Source: Bilabrum cf. latius
Taxonomy: Eukaryota
Assembly: GCA_965178125.1 (NCBI GenBank)
Contig: OZ237747.1
Span: 248,001 to 312,000 of the forward strand
Reading direction: 5' to 3'
Length of the DNA stretch: 64,000 nt
The number at the start of each line of letters is the position of its first letter. Positions within the stretch are counted from its first letter, which is position 1. Made by a program: the position numbers and the translations under genes. Positions 47,870 through 59,949 of this stretch are shown piece by piece. Below the pieces are notes generated by a model that was not told the DNA's origin, did not search any database, and was given only the letters and a program-made list of their open reading frames with translations.

Positions 47870-47983
47870 GGTGGGGGTACTGGGAGCAGTTCTCCAGAGA
47901 GTCCCAGGGGCTCGTGGAGTGAGGTGAGGGTACTGGGAGCAGTTCTCCAGAGAGTCCCAGGGGCTCGTGGAGTGAGGTGAGGG
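47827..47983. repeat. 53-bp tandem repeat, ~3 copies, spanning the stop codon of the DUF1853-like gene
   Basis: CTGGGAGCAGTTCTCCAGAGAGTCCCAGGGGCTCGTGGAGTGAGGTG(G/A)GGGTA at 47827, 47880 and 47933. Confidence 0.95.
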
Positions 47984-48143
47984 TGTCAACAACACGAGCG
48001 GCGGAACCGTCGTAAGCATGCGTTCTTAATCATTCATGACAACATGCTTGAAAGAAACGAAGGGCAATCCAGACAACAACTACGCCAGTGTAACCTGCAG
48101 CTACTTGTTGGCACACGCCCGACCGCAAGCAACTGCAGTTACC

Positions 48144-49406
48144 TCACTCCTGCTGCAGCTGCTGCTGCTTGTCCAGCAGCCCACTTTCCACGTCGTCTTC
48201 CTGTGGACTCGCCCTCGCCGCCACGGCGCCCTTCTGGAGAGTCACAGTCGCGGGCTTGAGGGCCAGCTCCGTGCCTGTCCCCTCACCGTCGCCTGCCGCG
48301 GCACCAGCTGCTGCAGCTGCCGCTGCTCCAGCCCCCGGTGCTTGCGGGTCCTTCGGCTACTGGGCCTTCTGGTTGCGCTCGTGCAGCTTGACGGCAGCAA
48401 ATGTTCCGCCCCCCAGCAGCGATACGACCAGCCCAGTGACCTTGAGCGTCGTGGGCACAAAGTCACCGAATGCGATGGCTCCGATGACTGTCGCAACCAC
48501 GTCTTTCAGGTTGCCCGTGATGGACGTCAGCAGGGGAGAGTTCACGGTGGCCGAGAGGAATACCACGTAAGTCATGAACGTGCCTAGGGTGCTCGCCAGC
48601 ACAAAGGCGGCCCAGAAGAGCGGGTTCCAGATGTGGTCGAAATTGGCCGCCCTCTCGAAATCGCCCAGCACGATGGACCCGAGGAGCGCCAGCGGCACGG
48701 CAGTGATCGAGTTGTAATACACAAGGCCGAAACCTTTCGTCTATGTCCTATCGCTGAACCTCCTCGACACATTGAGGTAGAGAGCTGTCAAGACGTTGTT
48801 CATGAGGGTGTACATGTACCCCATGAAATCGTCACCGAGCTCGTCGTACCCAGCCACTATCGTTCCTGCCATAATTATCAGGACTGACAATACCACCATG
48901 CCGGACTGTTTCGTGCCAAGCAAGAAAAACTCCCCGACCATGGTCAGAATGGTCGTAGTCCGGCGCAGGCACAAAAACATAGGCACATCGATCAGTTGCA
49001 TGCCGTACCATCCGATGGCAATGTTGACGACAAACAGCACTCCAACAGGAATAGATTCAATGTATGTGTTCCAATCAAAGTCAGGGACGTACATCCCAGG
49101 GACTTTTTGCATCGTTTGTTGGGCTATGGTTGTAAAAACCAAGCCAACCCCAACTTGTCCAAGAAGCATAATGTACTTGCTGTCAAACTCCCATGAGCTT
49201 AGAAGTGCCTGCATGGATAGCTACAGCGAAGCATCTGCCACGAACAGTCGCAAAAACGAAATTGGTGCATCTCAATACCCACTCGAAGATGCGGGCGCTT
49301 GCCTTACCTTGTAACAGAGAGAAATCGAAATTGAAGTCACCGCATATAATGCACATATCTGAATAGTCCTCCAGCCTGCAGCGCTAATCGTTGGGCTGGT
49401 CGCCAT
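48144..49406 (-). CDS. SLC35D-type nucleotide-sugar transporter (TPT family); intron 49209-49307; 2 in-frame TAG
   Basis: SISISLCYK|ALLSSWEF, DVPMFLCLRR, YYNS, VNSPLLTSITGNLKD. TAGs at 48741-48743 and 48357-48359; ends in TGA. Confidence 0.85.
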
Positions 49407-49535
49407 TGCCTCTCGTTTGCGAGGCAGCTCTCCAAACTGCATAGCAATGCGATGCATTCTAAGGTGCACTGCATGATTCTGCGTCAATGTCGCGCTCCGC
49501 TCACCCGCCCACTGTAGGGCGCCCATCATGCCATC

Positions 49536-52203
49536 ATGAAGCCAACCGAGCACCAGAAAGCGTTGCTGTAGGGCCTAGTTGCCATTGGGCAGCACCGCGA
49601 AGAGCAGCGCAAACGGCAGCTGCACGCTGCGCGTTCCACGAGGGGTCGACTGGAGCGAACTCGGCTTGCATGGCTGGAGAAATCGCTTAAGGGCAGAGAA
49701 ATCGCTAGGAGGCGCAAAGAAGAACTGAAACGGCATGCGGCACTCCGTCTCTGGTTCGAATTCATCGACAAGGACGGGGGCGGATCATTGGACGCGGAGG
49801 AGCTAGAGGAGCCGCTGATCAGCGCCGGCCTGGCATTCAGCAGGGAGGAAGTCGTCCGCCTCATCAAAGAAGTGGACGACGACGGTTCCGGTGAAGTGGA
49901 GTTTGGGGAGTTCCTTCAGATCGTTGAGAATCAAGGAAGCAAGGCAAGGGAAGGAGGAGGGAAGGACCAGCGGAAGAGCGACAACCCCATCCAGGAGCTC
50001 GTGGCTCGGCTCGATTCGGGCAAGTTTGGTGACCCGGAGCAGCTCGATTTGGCCACTCGGCTCACGACGCACCGCCGTCGCCTCATCATGGAGGGCATGC
50101 TCGCCCAGCTGCGGGGACCAGCCGGCGGCGACGGGGGCGGCGAAGACAGCTCCCAGCGTGAGCAAGAGCAAGGCTAGAGCAACTTCAGCCGCTAGCTTGC
50201 TGCCAAGACCGTGGACGCCATAGAAAGGTATGCCCGCTGGCAGCGCGGCAAGCTGTAGAGCGACAGAGAGGCCGCGCGCCAGAAGGGAGAGCGCCGACTC
50301 AGGCGCAAGCTCAGGAGGCTGGGCGTGCGCAACCCAAGGACCGTGGACCCAGCAGAGTACCGTCGCTTCGTGACGAGAGAGGCTCTGGCCTCGCTCGGGC
50401 ACGCACCCGAGCAGCAGCGGCAGGCGCATGGCACTGCAGCTGCTGCAAGTCTGCCAGCAGATACTACCGCGCGCGGTGCAAGCGACTCCGGTCTGAGGCT
50501 GAAGACAGCCGCGGACCGGATGGCAGTGGACGTGTATGATGACCCGGCCACCGATGCAGAGGTTCTCAGGGAGCAGAAGCGAGATGAACGGCGCCGCGCA
50601 ATTGCGGCGGCCCAGCGGAACCGAGCCTGGGCCCACGCGCGGCACCGCCTGACTGCCTTGGCCAAAGAAGTGGTGCGCGACCGCAACGCGGAAGATGCGC
50701 GTGCCCTGCGGAAGAGGCGCGTGCTGGCAGACGCACAGCGTGAGTCAACCAATTTTGCTGTCTGCAGGTAGCCTAAAGGCACGTACGTGCTCCAGGATGC
50801 ATCTGTTCACACAATTAGGTTCAACAATAGTAACAGGAAAGAGACAAGACGAAGCAGAGCTTTCCTCGATCGCCCGCGCGGTTTCGATTGCCCCTCCCCG
50901 ATGGCGTGCCCCAGCTGACACCAGCCCCTCCTCCCCGCGATTTCACCTCCAACACCATGCCCCTCCTCCCACCGCAGCGGGCGAGACAACAGTCAGGCAC
51001 GCCCCACAGTCCGCCATGCTTGCCACGGGGCGGCCCACCCGCACCAGGGACTAGGCCCCCGAGGGGCCCAGGGCGCGGGTGGACCAATACGTGCTTAGGA
51101 AAGCAGTCGGGGCGGCAAGGCGGGCCAAGCTGCACGCAGCCAGCGCAAGGCCGCTGAGTTCAACGGTGTCGTCGACATCGGGACCGCAAGACAAGGCAGG
51201 GAGCGCCGCTGCAGACCCCAGCAGCTGCGGGGCCTGGCCTGCAAGGGAAGGACCCCCGCAGCCCGGGTCCGCCCCCCACTCCCCTGCCCCGCCCTGGGGT
51301 CTCGGTCCCGGACTGCTGGACGAGGTGCAGCAGGCGCGAGAGCTGCTGCCCTCGTACTTCGCCAAGAGCCTGCTGAGGAGGCGAGACACGGCCGGGCCTG
51401 TGCCGCAGGTGCCAAGCGAGATCATGGCTGTGGCGAACCCCAGCCGGGATCCGAGCAGGGGCAGGGGCGGGGGCAGAGGGCGCGGTTCGGGCGGGGCTGC
51501 AGCAGCGCCCAGCGATCCACCATCATCGTCTGGAGAGCCTCCTGAGCGGCAGGCTGGGGCCGGCAAGTTGCTGCAATCAGGCCAAGCAGCAGGAGGCAGC
51601 CGATCCACATTCCGCAGCGAGCTCACCGGCGTGCAGGTGGACCTGACTTGGGACAGCGGGGCGGAGACCGCAGGAGGGTCCACAGGCAGCTTGCCAGGAA
51701 CACAGCGGGCTAGTGCAGCAAGCCAAAGCCACGGTGTTGGTGTTGGGTTCGATGCCGGCAGTGGGCCCAACACCAGCCAACTCGGGGCTCCAGCTCCCGA
51801 TGGCCCCGCCTCACACAGTGCTCCAGATGGTCCACACTTGCTTCGACCCATGCCCCCTGGCAGATCCGCGCTGGAGGGCAGCATCCGGGCGAGCCTGCGG
51901 CGGGTGCCCATCGCAAGAGCAGTGTCCCTCCTCGGCGCGGACTCTGCCCTGGGGAGGTCACTCGCCAAAGCAAGGGCGGCCAGCCTGAGTGAATCGGGCG
52001 GTGGCGCAATGCAGTCGCAATGCCCTGCCCCGTTAGCACCCGCGCAGTCTCTCAGTGGCACTGGCAGAGGCAGGTCGAGTACGAGGGCGCATCATGATAG
52101 GACTGCGCTTGCAACCAAAGAGCCTGGCCGCTATGCGAGGCGCGGTCCACTCGGAGGCAAACTTTCGCTTGCAGCCCGCAGAGGGCAACGCGTGGTATCT
52201 TGA
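49536..52203 (+). CDS. EF-hand pair protein with coiled-coil and low-complexity C-terminus; probable intron starting at 50740; about 5 in-frame TAG
   Basis: DKDGGGSLDAEE and DDDGSGEVEFGEF loops. The C|GTGAGT donor has phase-compatible acceptors (e.g. 50818) leading to a frame ending in TGA at 52201-52203. The 3' exon structure is uncertain. Confidence 0.6.
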
Positions 52204-52280
52204 CGTAAAAAAGGTTGTGTAGCTGTGAATGCCACCGAGGCTCTCAGGTAGCCGGGGCCTCAAAAGGTCGTCCCGCTCGT

Positions 52281-52865
52281 TCACGATCTGCCCGGTGTGC
52301 CTGTGGTGCCGTCCATCTGATTCATGACGGCAAGTGCTGTTCGCTGAGCCAACGCCCAGTGCCACCCTTTACGTATGAGAAACTAAGTCAGGCTCTCTAA
52401 GGACCTCCGTCCGATTCGATACGCTCGTGAAGCCTCTCGTTGACAAGCTGCCGAGTCATCGTAGCTTTCGAGCGCATCTGTTGCCGTGCTGCCACGGACA
52501 CCTGCTTTCGACAGCTCTCCCATGATAGCAACTTTGCTCTTGGGCTTATAGCGCTGCCGTTGCTGAACCATCCAATCCGCGAATTCGCTGTCGTCAACTA
52601 GACGGGCTGTCTTCAAATGCTCGACAACCGATTCGGCTCGAGACTTGCATTCGCTGCTGATGCGCGACATATTCGTACTTGTTTCATCCGAATCCTCCTT
52701 GTGGACTCTCATCAAGCCGTGGTACCTGTGCTTGGGTTTCATCGCTGTCCGAACGCACAGCTACTACAACTTCCGAGACAGCTCACCGCTGCTTTGAGGT
52801 CGTTGACCCAACAGCCGCAAGCTATGCATATACATGTGTTGAAACCACGGTGGGCGTTTTGCCAT
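52281..52865 (-). CDS. recX: RecX-family RecA regulator; 3 in-frame TAG
   Basis: SLRLLGQRPQSSGELSRKL(QQ)...VVEHLKTARLVDDSEFA...IMGELSKAGV...LT(Q)FLIRKGW covers the three RecX helical repeats. Ends in TGA. Confidence 0.8.
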
Positions 52866-52920
52866 GCTGGCTCGGACACTACTAGTATGGGAGAAAATTG
52901 AGATCTGAAATCTGGTCAAA

Positions 52921-53014
52921 AGCCCGTTCCAAACCCGATTTGTGTGCAAATCCGATCGGATTTGCGAATCAAATCGGATCGGATTTGCGAATCAAATCGG
53001 GTTTGGAACGGGCT
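52921..53014. repeat. 94-bp MITE-like hairpin with perfect 22-bp terminal inverted repeats
   Basis: AGCCCGTTCCAAACCCGATTTG (52921-52942) pairs with CAAATCGGGTTTGGAACGGGCT (52993-53014). Internal 20-bp palindrome GCAAATCCGATCGGATTTGC. Confidence 0.85.
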
Positions 53015-53314
53015 ATAAGTTGAAGGTCTGACCTCAAGGTCAAGCATAACCGAACCCAACCTTCGGGCCTAAGCTGCTTGGCTGCTGACGTGGGCATTGT
53101 TCTTGCTGTGCATGCTGCAATTTTGTGCCTGCCCGTTAACAATAAGCCTGTTTTTGGGCCTGTGTCTCATTCGAGGTAACTGTCGTCATCGAACGCAGTG
53201 GGGGGCGCTGCCCCGCCGGCGCCCGCCCACAAGCTGTGCATATCCGCATTCCAAATGCCCACCTGCTCTCGCCCCGAGTTGCTGCGGTGCGGCACCGGGC
53301 GCGACCCGAATCAC

Positions 53315-55618
53315 TCACTCCATAACAGGGGGCCAACGCTGAGACACGAGACCCCCACCTGTCGCATGAAAGTAGTACAGGCTCGGGACACCCCCAGGCA
53401 CCCCGGGGTCCAGCTTCCCCAACCACCCCCTCTCCAGGTCCCCAGGAAGGGGTCCTTCCCTTGTAAAGGGCCCTTCGTAGAACCTCTGTAGATGCGGTGG
53501 CACTGGCCGAGACCCTCCCCTGTCTCCATTGCCATTACCCTATCTGGCTCCTCCGCTCACGTGTATCACGCGGGGCACACCTATCTAACTGTTCTGGGAA
53601 GCAATCGGCACGGTGCCAGGCAGTATGGGCGGCGCTGTGGGGGCACCGCACCTGCGGGGCACCGCAGCCCCAAGACCCGATGGCCCCCCGGCAGCAGCAC
53701 CGTGACCTGTGCCAGAGCTAAGCAACCCATTTCGTTGCGAGGCCTCGGCCGCACGACCAGAACCATCGAAAGGACCACCCCGGGCCGAGGGAGCGGTGCC
53801 TTTGTCTCCTTTCTGGCGTGTAGGCACGAACACCTGAGGGAGCCTCGCCATCTGCGTCGCGTCGGGCCGTTGCACCAGACCGCCGATACTCCTCTACTGA
53901 CCTAGGCCGGCGCCAGTCTCTGTGCCGCATGGCATCCAGGCAGCAGTCGCGGAAGCCGGAGGGGCACTCGGCTCCGGGCCGCCCCAGGCTTGTTGTTTGG
54001 AGCCTCGTGCAAGTTGCTGCTATGGCTGCCGCTAATGCAAGGCTGGATCTGCCGGTGGTGCCGACGGTTCGGGCTACCTCGTTTCAGAGCCTACTCCTCC
54101 TCCACCTCGCCGCCTTTCTCCCTCTCCACCCGCCGTTCCACCGCGAGCCACTCGTTTGCCTGGATTGCTGCCACTCCTGGCGGCATGCGCGCTCCTCGCA
54201 GCTTCTGCATCGACAGCGAACGGGTCCACGAACCTCACCACCAGAGGCCTCTCCCTGTGCCTCATGATCGCTTCCCTTACGTGCACGTACACCATGTGGC
54301 TAACGTCCTCCCCGCCTACGGACAGCAACTTGTGCCCGGGACCGATCTGACCCATCTCCCTCCTCTACTCCACGGGGCACTGCGCGCTCCCCACGTCTGC
54401 CTGCGACTCTGGCACGATTCTGGACACGATCGTGGTCGAATCCTCGGCCTGCAGGATCCCGAGGCCTAGCTTGCCTTTCCGGCGAAAGGTGCACGTGTAC
54501 TCCCGGCGGGTTGGCAGGTCCCGGCGCAGCAGGCCTGACTCAGTGTTGCGGAACCACCATGCGCCGCTCCTGCGCTCACATTCCCAACGCCACGGGGACG
54601 GGAGGGCGCAAGCGGGAGCAGGCCCGGACCATCGCGTCGACGGTTTCTCTGCGGAGGGCATGATGTGCGAGCCTCCCACAATCACGTTCCCGAAGTTGGT
54701 ACCACCCTCGAGCTGCAGGAAAGTGGGCCCTCCGGCAAGGACCAGCTTGCCGCTCACCGTTGCATCCGCGGGGCCCGATGGCTCCCTTCCGGGCGCTAGG
54801 AGCGGAATCGTGACCTCGCATTCAATCGCTTCCTTGCTCCCGCGCTTTTGGAGCCTCGCGAATTTCCCCAGCCGCAGCTCGCCCTCAAGGACCACTGGCT
54901 ACCCCGCGAAGAACCCAGCATACTTTCCCACCATGCGGACCGTGAGCACCCCATCACGCACTTCGGAGGGTACCAGCGGCAAGCGCAGGGCCGACAATTG
55001 CGGGATTCGTATCTAAGACCCGGCTGGCTGGGGATCTGGTACTTTGGTGATCGCGATCGACTGCTGTCTGTGGGTCTGTGCCAGCGGGCTCCTCCCGGAG
55101 CGCCCTTGGAAGGCTGAAGCGGGCATGCTCAGTTCAAGCTATCCACCCGTTGGGATACCGCTGAGAACAACATTCTTCATGCTTATAGCGATATGACGCA
55201 CGTGCTTCATCTGCACCTGTAGACGTAGGGTGGCGATATGAGCGGCTGCTGGGCCACTGCGCATGGGAATTTCGAGCTACTCTGGGCCTGTTGCCAAGCT
55301 GTGAATATCGACAGTAGACTACGCAATGACATCCACTTGGCTGCGAATGTAACCATATTTCACCAGGACTAATTGAAGAGCAAGCCGCCTGGTCTTCAGC
55401 GCAGTGTCCGCCGTTGTGACGTACGAGAACGTCTGCATAAATCTCTCGAAGGAGATGTTGGCCTCTCTATTGTGATATAAGGCTTCCGTTCTTTTAGTCA
55501 TCTACCCATCAAAGTCCAGTCGAAGTTCGATCCTGAATCCTTCTCGTAAAACAGTTGTGTCGGCAATGGTCACCCTCAATCTGCCTAGTCTGACCCAAAA
55601 CTCGTCTCTCTCTGCCAT
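53315..55618 (-). CDS. Multidomain scaffold protein: C2-like region(s), WW, PDZ and C-terminal WW-like domain; 767 aa; about 13 in-frame TAG
   Basis: A 768-codon frame with no internal TAA or TGA. WW: LPSPWRWECERRSGAWWFRNTESG..P. PDZ: GKLGLGIL..IVSRIVPESQA..(TAG)..IGPGHKLLSVGGEDV..RPLVVRF. Ends in TGA. Confidence 0.7.
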
Positions 55619-55844
55619 AACGCACAACTGTATAGATCAAATGCAGCACAGTCGCCTGGTTGATGTGAGATAGATTCCGTACCTGGCGCTGAAACTCGAC
55701 GAGAATAGGGTGGATTAATTGGACAAAACAGATTTGCAGCGTTCATAAGTACACTGTACAATAAGAATGATGCCCGGCAGGACGAACGGCACAGAAAGCG
55801 CGACACTTGCACTCGGCGCATTGCAAGTTGCACAAACATCTAAG

Positions 55845-56637
55845 ATGGCATCTGCCGGAGGTGCCTTGCAGCGCAAGGTTGTATTGGTTGGAGATGCCGC
55901 CGTCGGCAAGTCCTGCATTGCAGTCCAGCTTCAGCGAGGCGAATTCTATGATTTTAGCGAACCCACGATCGGAGGTGCGACACACACTGCTACACGCCTA
56001 AAAGATGTCGTTCTGGGGCGCAGCGGTACTGTTAAGCCTTATCCAGATTGCCATACCGACCTGTTTCGCAGCCGCATTCGTCACCAAGGAAATCGAGCTT
56101 CCAGATTGCACAATTAGCATGGAGATTTGGGACACGGCAGGACAAGGTAGGAATTAAGCGCACTTTTCCATCATCACGCCCAGTGCATCTACTTCTGCTG
56201 CTATACCACCTAATAAGGCCTTGCTGCTTGCACTGTCTTGCCGAATCGCAGAAAGGTATCGATCCCTCGCACCGCTGTACTACAGGAATGCGAACGCTGC
56301 ACTCGTCGTCTACGATGTAACAAACTCTGAGAGCTTTGACGGTGCGAAGCGCTGGGTGAACGAGCTGAAGCGGCAGGGCGACCCCGGCACGCTAATCGCG
56401 ATCGCCGGCAACAAGTGTGATCGAGACAGCGAGAGGCAGGTATCCGCCGACGAGGCCAGGGAGTTCGCCGAGCAAGACGGCCTCGTGTTCATGGAAACCA
56501 GCGCGAAGACGGGCACGAACGTGAAGGAGATCTTCGAGGAGATGGCCCGGCGCATGCCCAGGGACTCCAAGGACAGCGAGGGCGTTGACGTGGCGGCGGC
56601 GGGCGGGGACAAGGCGGCCGGGGGGTGCTGCAGCTGA
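55845..56637 (+). CDS. RAB5: Rab5-like small GTPase; introns 55975-56071 and 56147-56251
   Basis: GDAAVGKS, EPTIG|AAF, WDTAGQ|ERYRSLAPLYYR, GNKCD, ETSAKT and C-terminal CCS. Ends in TGA. Confidence 0.9.
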
Positions 56638-56784
56638 ATCCGCACCGGCTTCGTGGGGTGGCCGATTTGTAGTGTTTGATTCGCATGTTGCCTTGTCTGA
56701 TACTTTTGTCTGCAAAAAAATACCTATATATCTTGCGGCGCTGCTTCGGCCAGGCCTGATCTCCGATCGCCGCTGATCCCGCAG

Positions 56785-59772
56785 TCAACCAGCACCCGGC
56801 AACTGCTTCAGGTCCACCCGCTGCGTCTTTGGGCGCTTGCACACTCGCAACTTGCCCAGTTTCTTGGCCTCCATGGCCTCGTAGTCCGCCCCCGACATGC
56901 CGTACTCGTTGGCACGGTTGGGGTCCACGGGGTAGAGGTACCTCTGCCACAAGAAGAGGAGGAAGACCACGTCGTCGCGGAAGCAGGCGATCCTGTGCAG
57001 CGTGGGCATGCGGATGACAAAGGCGAAGAGGTCGTCCACTACAGTGTTAAGGGAGCGGTACACCATGGCCTTCCACGGCATGTGCGCGACGCTCTTGAGC
57101 TTGTAGTTGATGAACAGCTGCGGGGTCATGAGGATGAAACCGAAGGCGTACACGAATCCCGTCAGCGAGGAGAGAACCCACGAGTAGTAGCTCTTGTGCT
57201 GGTCGTACAGCAGCGAGTAGCACGCGTACCCCACCACGAGAGGGAACGCCACAAAGCCCAGGTGGGACATTGCCATGTCGTCGAACTCCTTGGCCCTGGA
57301 CTTGGCGTACTCTTCCTGGTCCTCCCACGTGACAGACGGCAGCAGGCTTCCCTATTTCCACTCAACGGACACCTCGAAGGCGCGCCTCAGCTTCCACACC
57401 TCGATGGCCAGCCCCACCGCGCTGGAGCCCAGCACCATCCAGGACGTGTCATTGTCCCAGAGGTACAGGAGGATGACCCCCTGGAAGAAGACGTTCATGG
57501 CGATCTGCTTCATCGAGAGCCCCTCCACGCTCTTGGCGTTGCGCCAGAACGACACGTCGCTGCTGAATGCCGCAAATTCGAAGACCATGTGCAGCAGAGA
57601 CACGGTCCCGAAGACCGCGAGCAGGATGGGGTTGGCTTCGAGCAGCATGGCCTTGAGGATGTCTCCGTCCTGCTTGCGCTGGGTGCCCATCTGCTGCTGC
57701 ATACTCATGCTGGCCTCCGCCTGCGATAGCATCAGCCAGTACCAGCTCGACTGCACCTCCAGCCGGAGCTCGAGCGGCGCGTGGGTCACCGTTCGGTTCA
57801 CCTCGATCCAGTCCTCCATCAGGCCCCAGAAGTGATTCACGTACGTCACCGGCACGTACCCCGGGGCCCCCTCCCGCTCCACCGTGGCGCGGACAAAGCC
57901 AGGCCGCTCACCCCCCGCGACGCCCTTCCCTGTCTTTGCGCCTGGAGCACTCGCCGCCCCCCCTCCTTTCCCGCCGCTGCGAGGGACTCTCTTCCACACG
58001 GTGTGCTTCACCATTGGCTTCTCAGCGCGAATCCACTCGCCGTACGGCGGTTGCACGAAGCCCTTGCCTCTAACCGGCACCGGTGTATCGTCTTGCACCA
58101 TCGCGACGTGTAGGTTGGGCCGCCAGTACGGCAGCACCGGCGCATCTTCTTCTTCTTCTTCTTCTTCGACTCCACTGCCGCCCTGATTATCGCGTGCACC
58201 TTCCTCGCCCCCTTCCGCATCATCCTTGCTAGCCTGGATGCCAATCCCGAACCTAGGAACCACCCTATCGCCCGCATCTCCATCCTCGCCCTCTGCCCCT
58301 CCCTCTCCATCATCCCCGCCAATGCCCGTCACCAGAGACCTCAGCTTGCTCTCCTTCCGCTTGGGGTGAAAGACGACCACAGGGCTTACTCCTCGCGAGC
58401 AGTCCGCGGGCCGGTAGCCCGCGGCCGAAGGGTCGGGCGTGCTGCCCGATCTGGTTGCAACCACGTGCGCGAATACCGTCACGTTACCCCGCGCCAGCGC
58501 CGCGGGGATAGTCACGTTGATCGTGGCGGTGGCCTGATGGGTCCCCAGCCCGACACGCACTCTCCCAGCATTCGACACGGCCCCCCGGTCACTGCTGCCA
58601 TTTTCCTCCTCTTCCTCCTCCACGCCGAGAGCCAGGGCGGTGGTAAATCGCAGCCCCCTCCGCGCGAAAATAAGCACAGCCCCCGTGCCTTCTTCCTCTT
58701 CCTCCTCGCTGGCACTGCCGGTGCCTCCCACTGCTCTCGGTCCTGAAGCGGGCTGCTGCTCGGCCTCGGGTGCTAGAACCCCCCACTCTTCGTCTTGATC
58801 ACTTTCACTACCAGCACTCTATAGGGTGCTATCAATGGGCTACTGCTTGCCACCTGCGCCTGTCCCAGGCAGCACCCCGTCATGCTCGTCCAAAAGCAGG
58901 CGCTGCTGCGCCCAAGCGACCTCCCAGCTCGGGCTAGTCGCAGCCTGCGCTAGCCCGTCCCACGCTGGGATCGTGTCGACTTGCCCTCCAGTATCTCCCT
59001 TTCCCCCCTCGCTGGCTGTACTGCCGCTGCTGCTGCTGTTCTCTGCTTCTATGATTCCGAGTCCCTCGGCGGACCACCGGCACGCAGCGCTGATGCCGCT
59101 CCACGCCGCCCCTAGGAGGCTGAACGAGGTGCTCGCCTTATCGTCGCCATGCGGCACATCGCCCATTCCGAGCGTGGCAGCAGCCACCCCACCGCTGTGG
59201 CTGGACTGGAACGCACCCTCCCACGACACCCGAGGCACCTCCCGCTGGTAGCGTCCAGTCACAGCGTCGGGCAGGCCGAACGCGCGAGCCAAGTCGGCTG
59301 TCCCGGGAAATTTTTCGTGCTTGTTCGGTATTGACGCAAAATCGTTTCCCCTGGGAACCTCTGGCGTCGCAGATAAGAAGACGAACACGTCAAGCTCTTC
59401 CTGACCTGCTTGCCACAAGCTGCCGATGCCCTTCACACCTCCAAGCCTAGATAAGCTTGCAGCTCGATCAGCATCGTACTCATCCAGTAACGGCCCAACC
59501 ATATGGCTGGATCGAAACTTCATCTTCGTGGGGTCTACCCCTCCAGTCAACATCGAGAGTACACTGGGTGGGCTCTCTCGGTCTATACCTGGTCCTGATG
59601 GCGGAGACACTGATTCTTCTTCGGCCGCATCACGCTTTCGTATATCCTACTTCTTGCCACCAGATAAAAACTGGTACCCTAAGAATGCTAGCATGCCGCC
59701 TTGGAGCAAAATCCATATGACACTCACCGGCGGTGTCGGCTTGTTTGCCTCACCACCAGTACCCTGGGCCAT
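56785..59772 (-). CDS. CLPTM1: CLPTM1-family membrane protein (lipid scramblase-like), 995 aa; 4 in-frame TAG
   Basis: Motifs ILKAMLLEANPILL..SLLHMVFEFAAFSSDVSFW, IEVWKL, FGFILMTPQLFINYKLKSVAHMPW and HRIACFRDD. TAGs at 59647, 58840, 58819 and 57352; ends in TGA. Confidence 0.9.
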
Positions 59773-59949
59773 CGCAATCGTGATTCAGCTGAAAATCCCG
59801 AGATGTCAACGAAGTTGTTGTAGACTAATGGTCTATTTTGCTCACAAATGCCGAATGCACACACTGCACCGATCATCACACCGGTTCGCCAACTGCAACT
59901 CGGGCCTTGCAGCGACAGAAACCAAGTGTCAAACGCAAAGTAAAACAAT

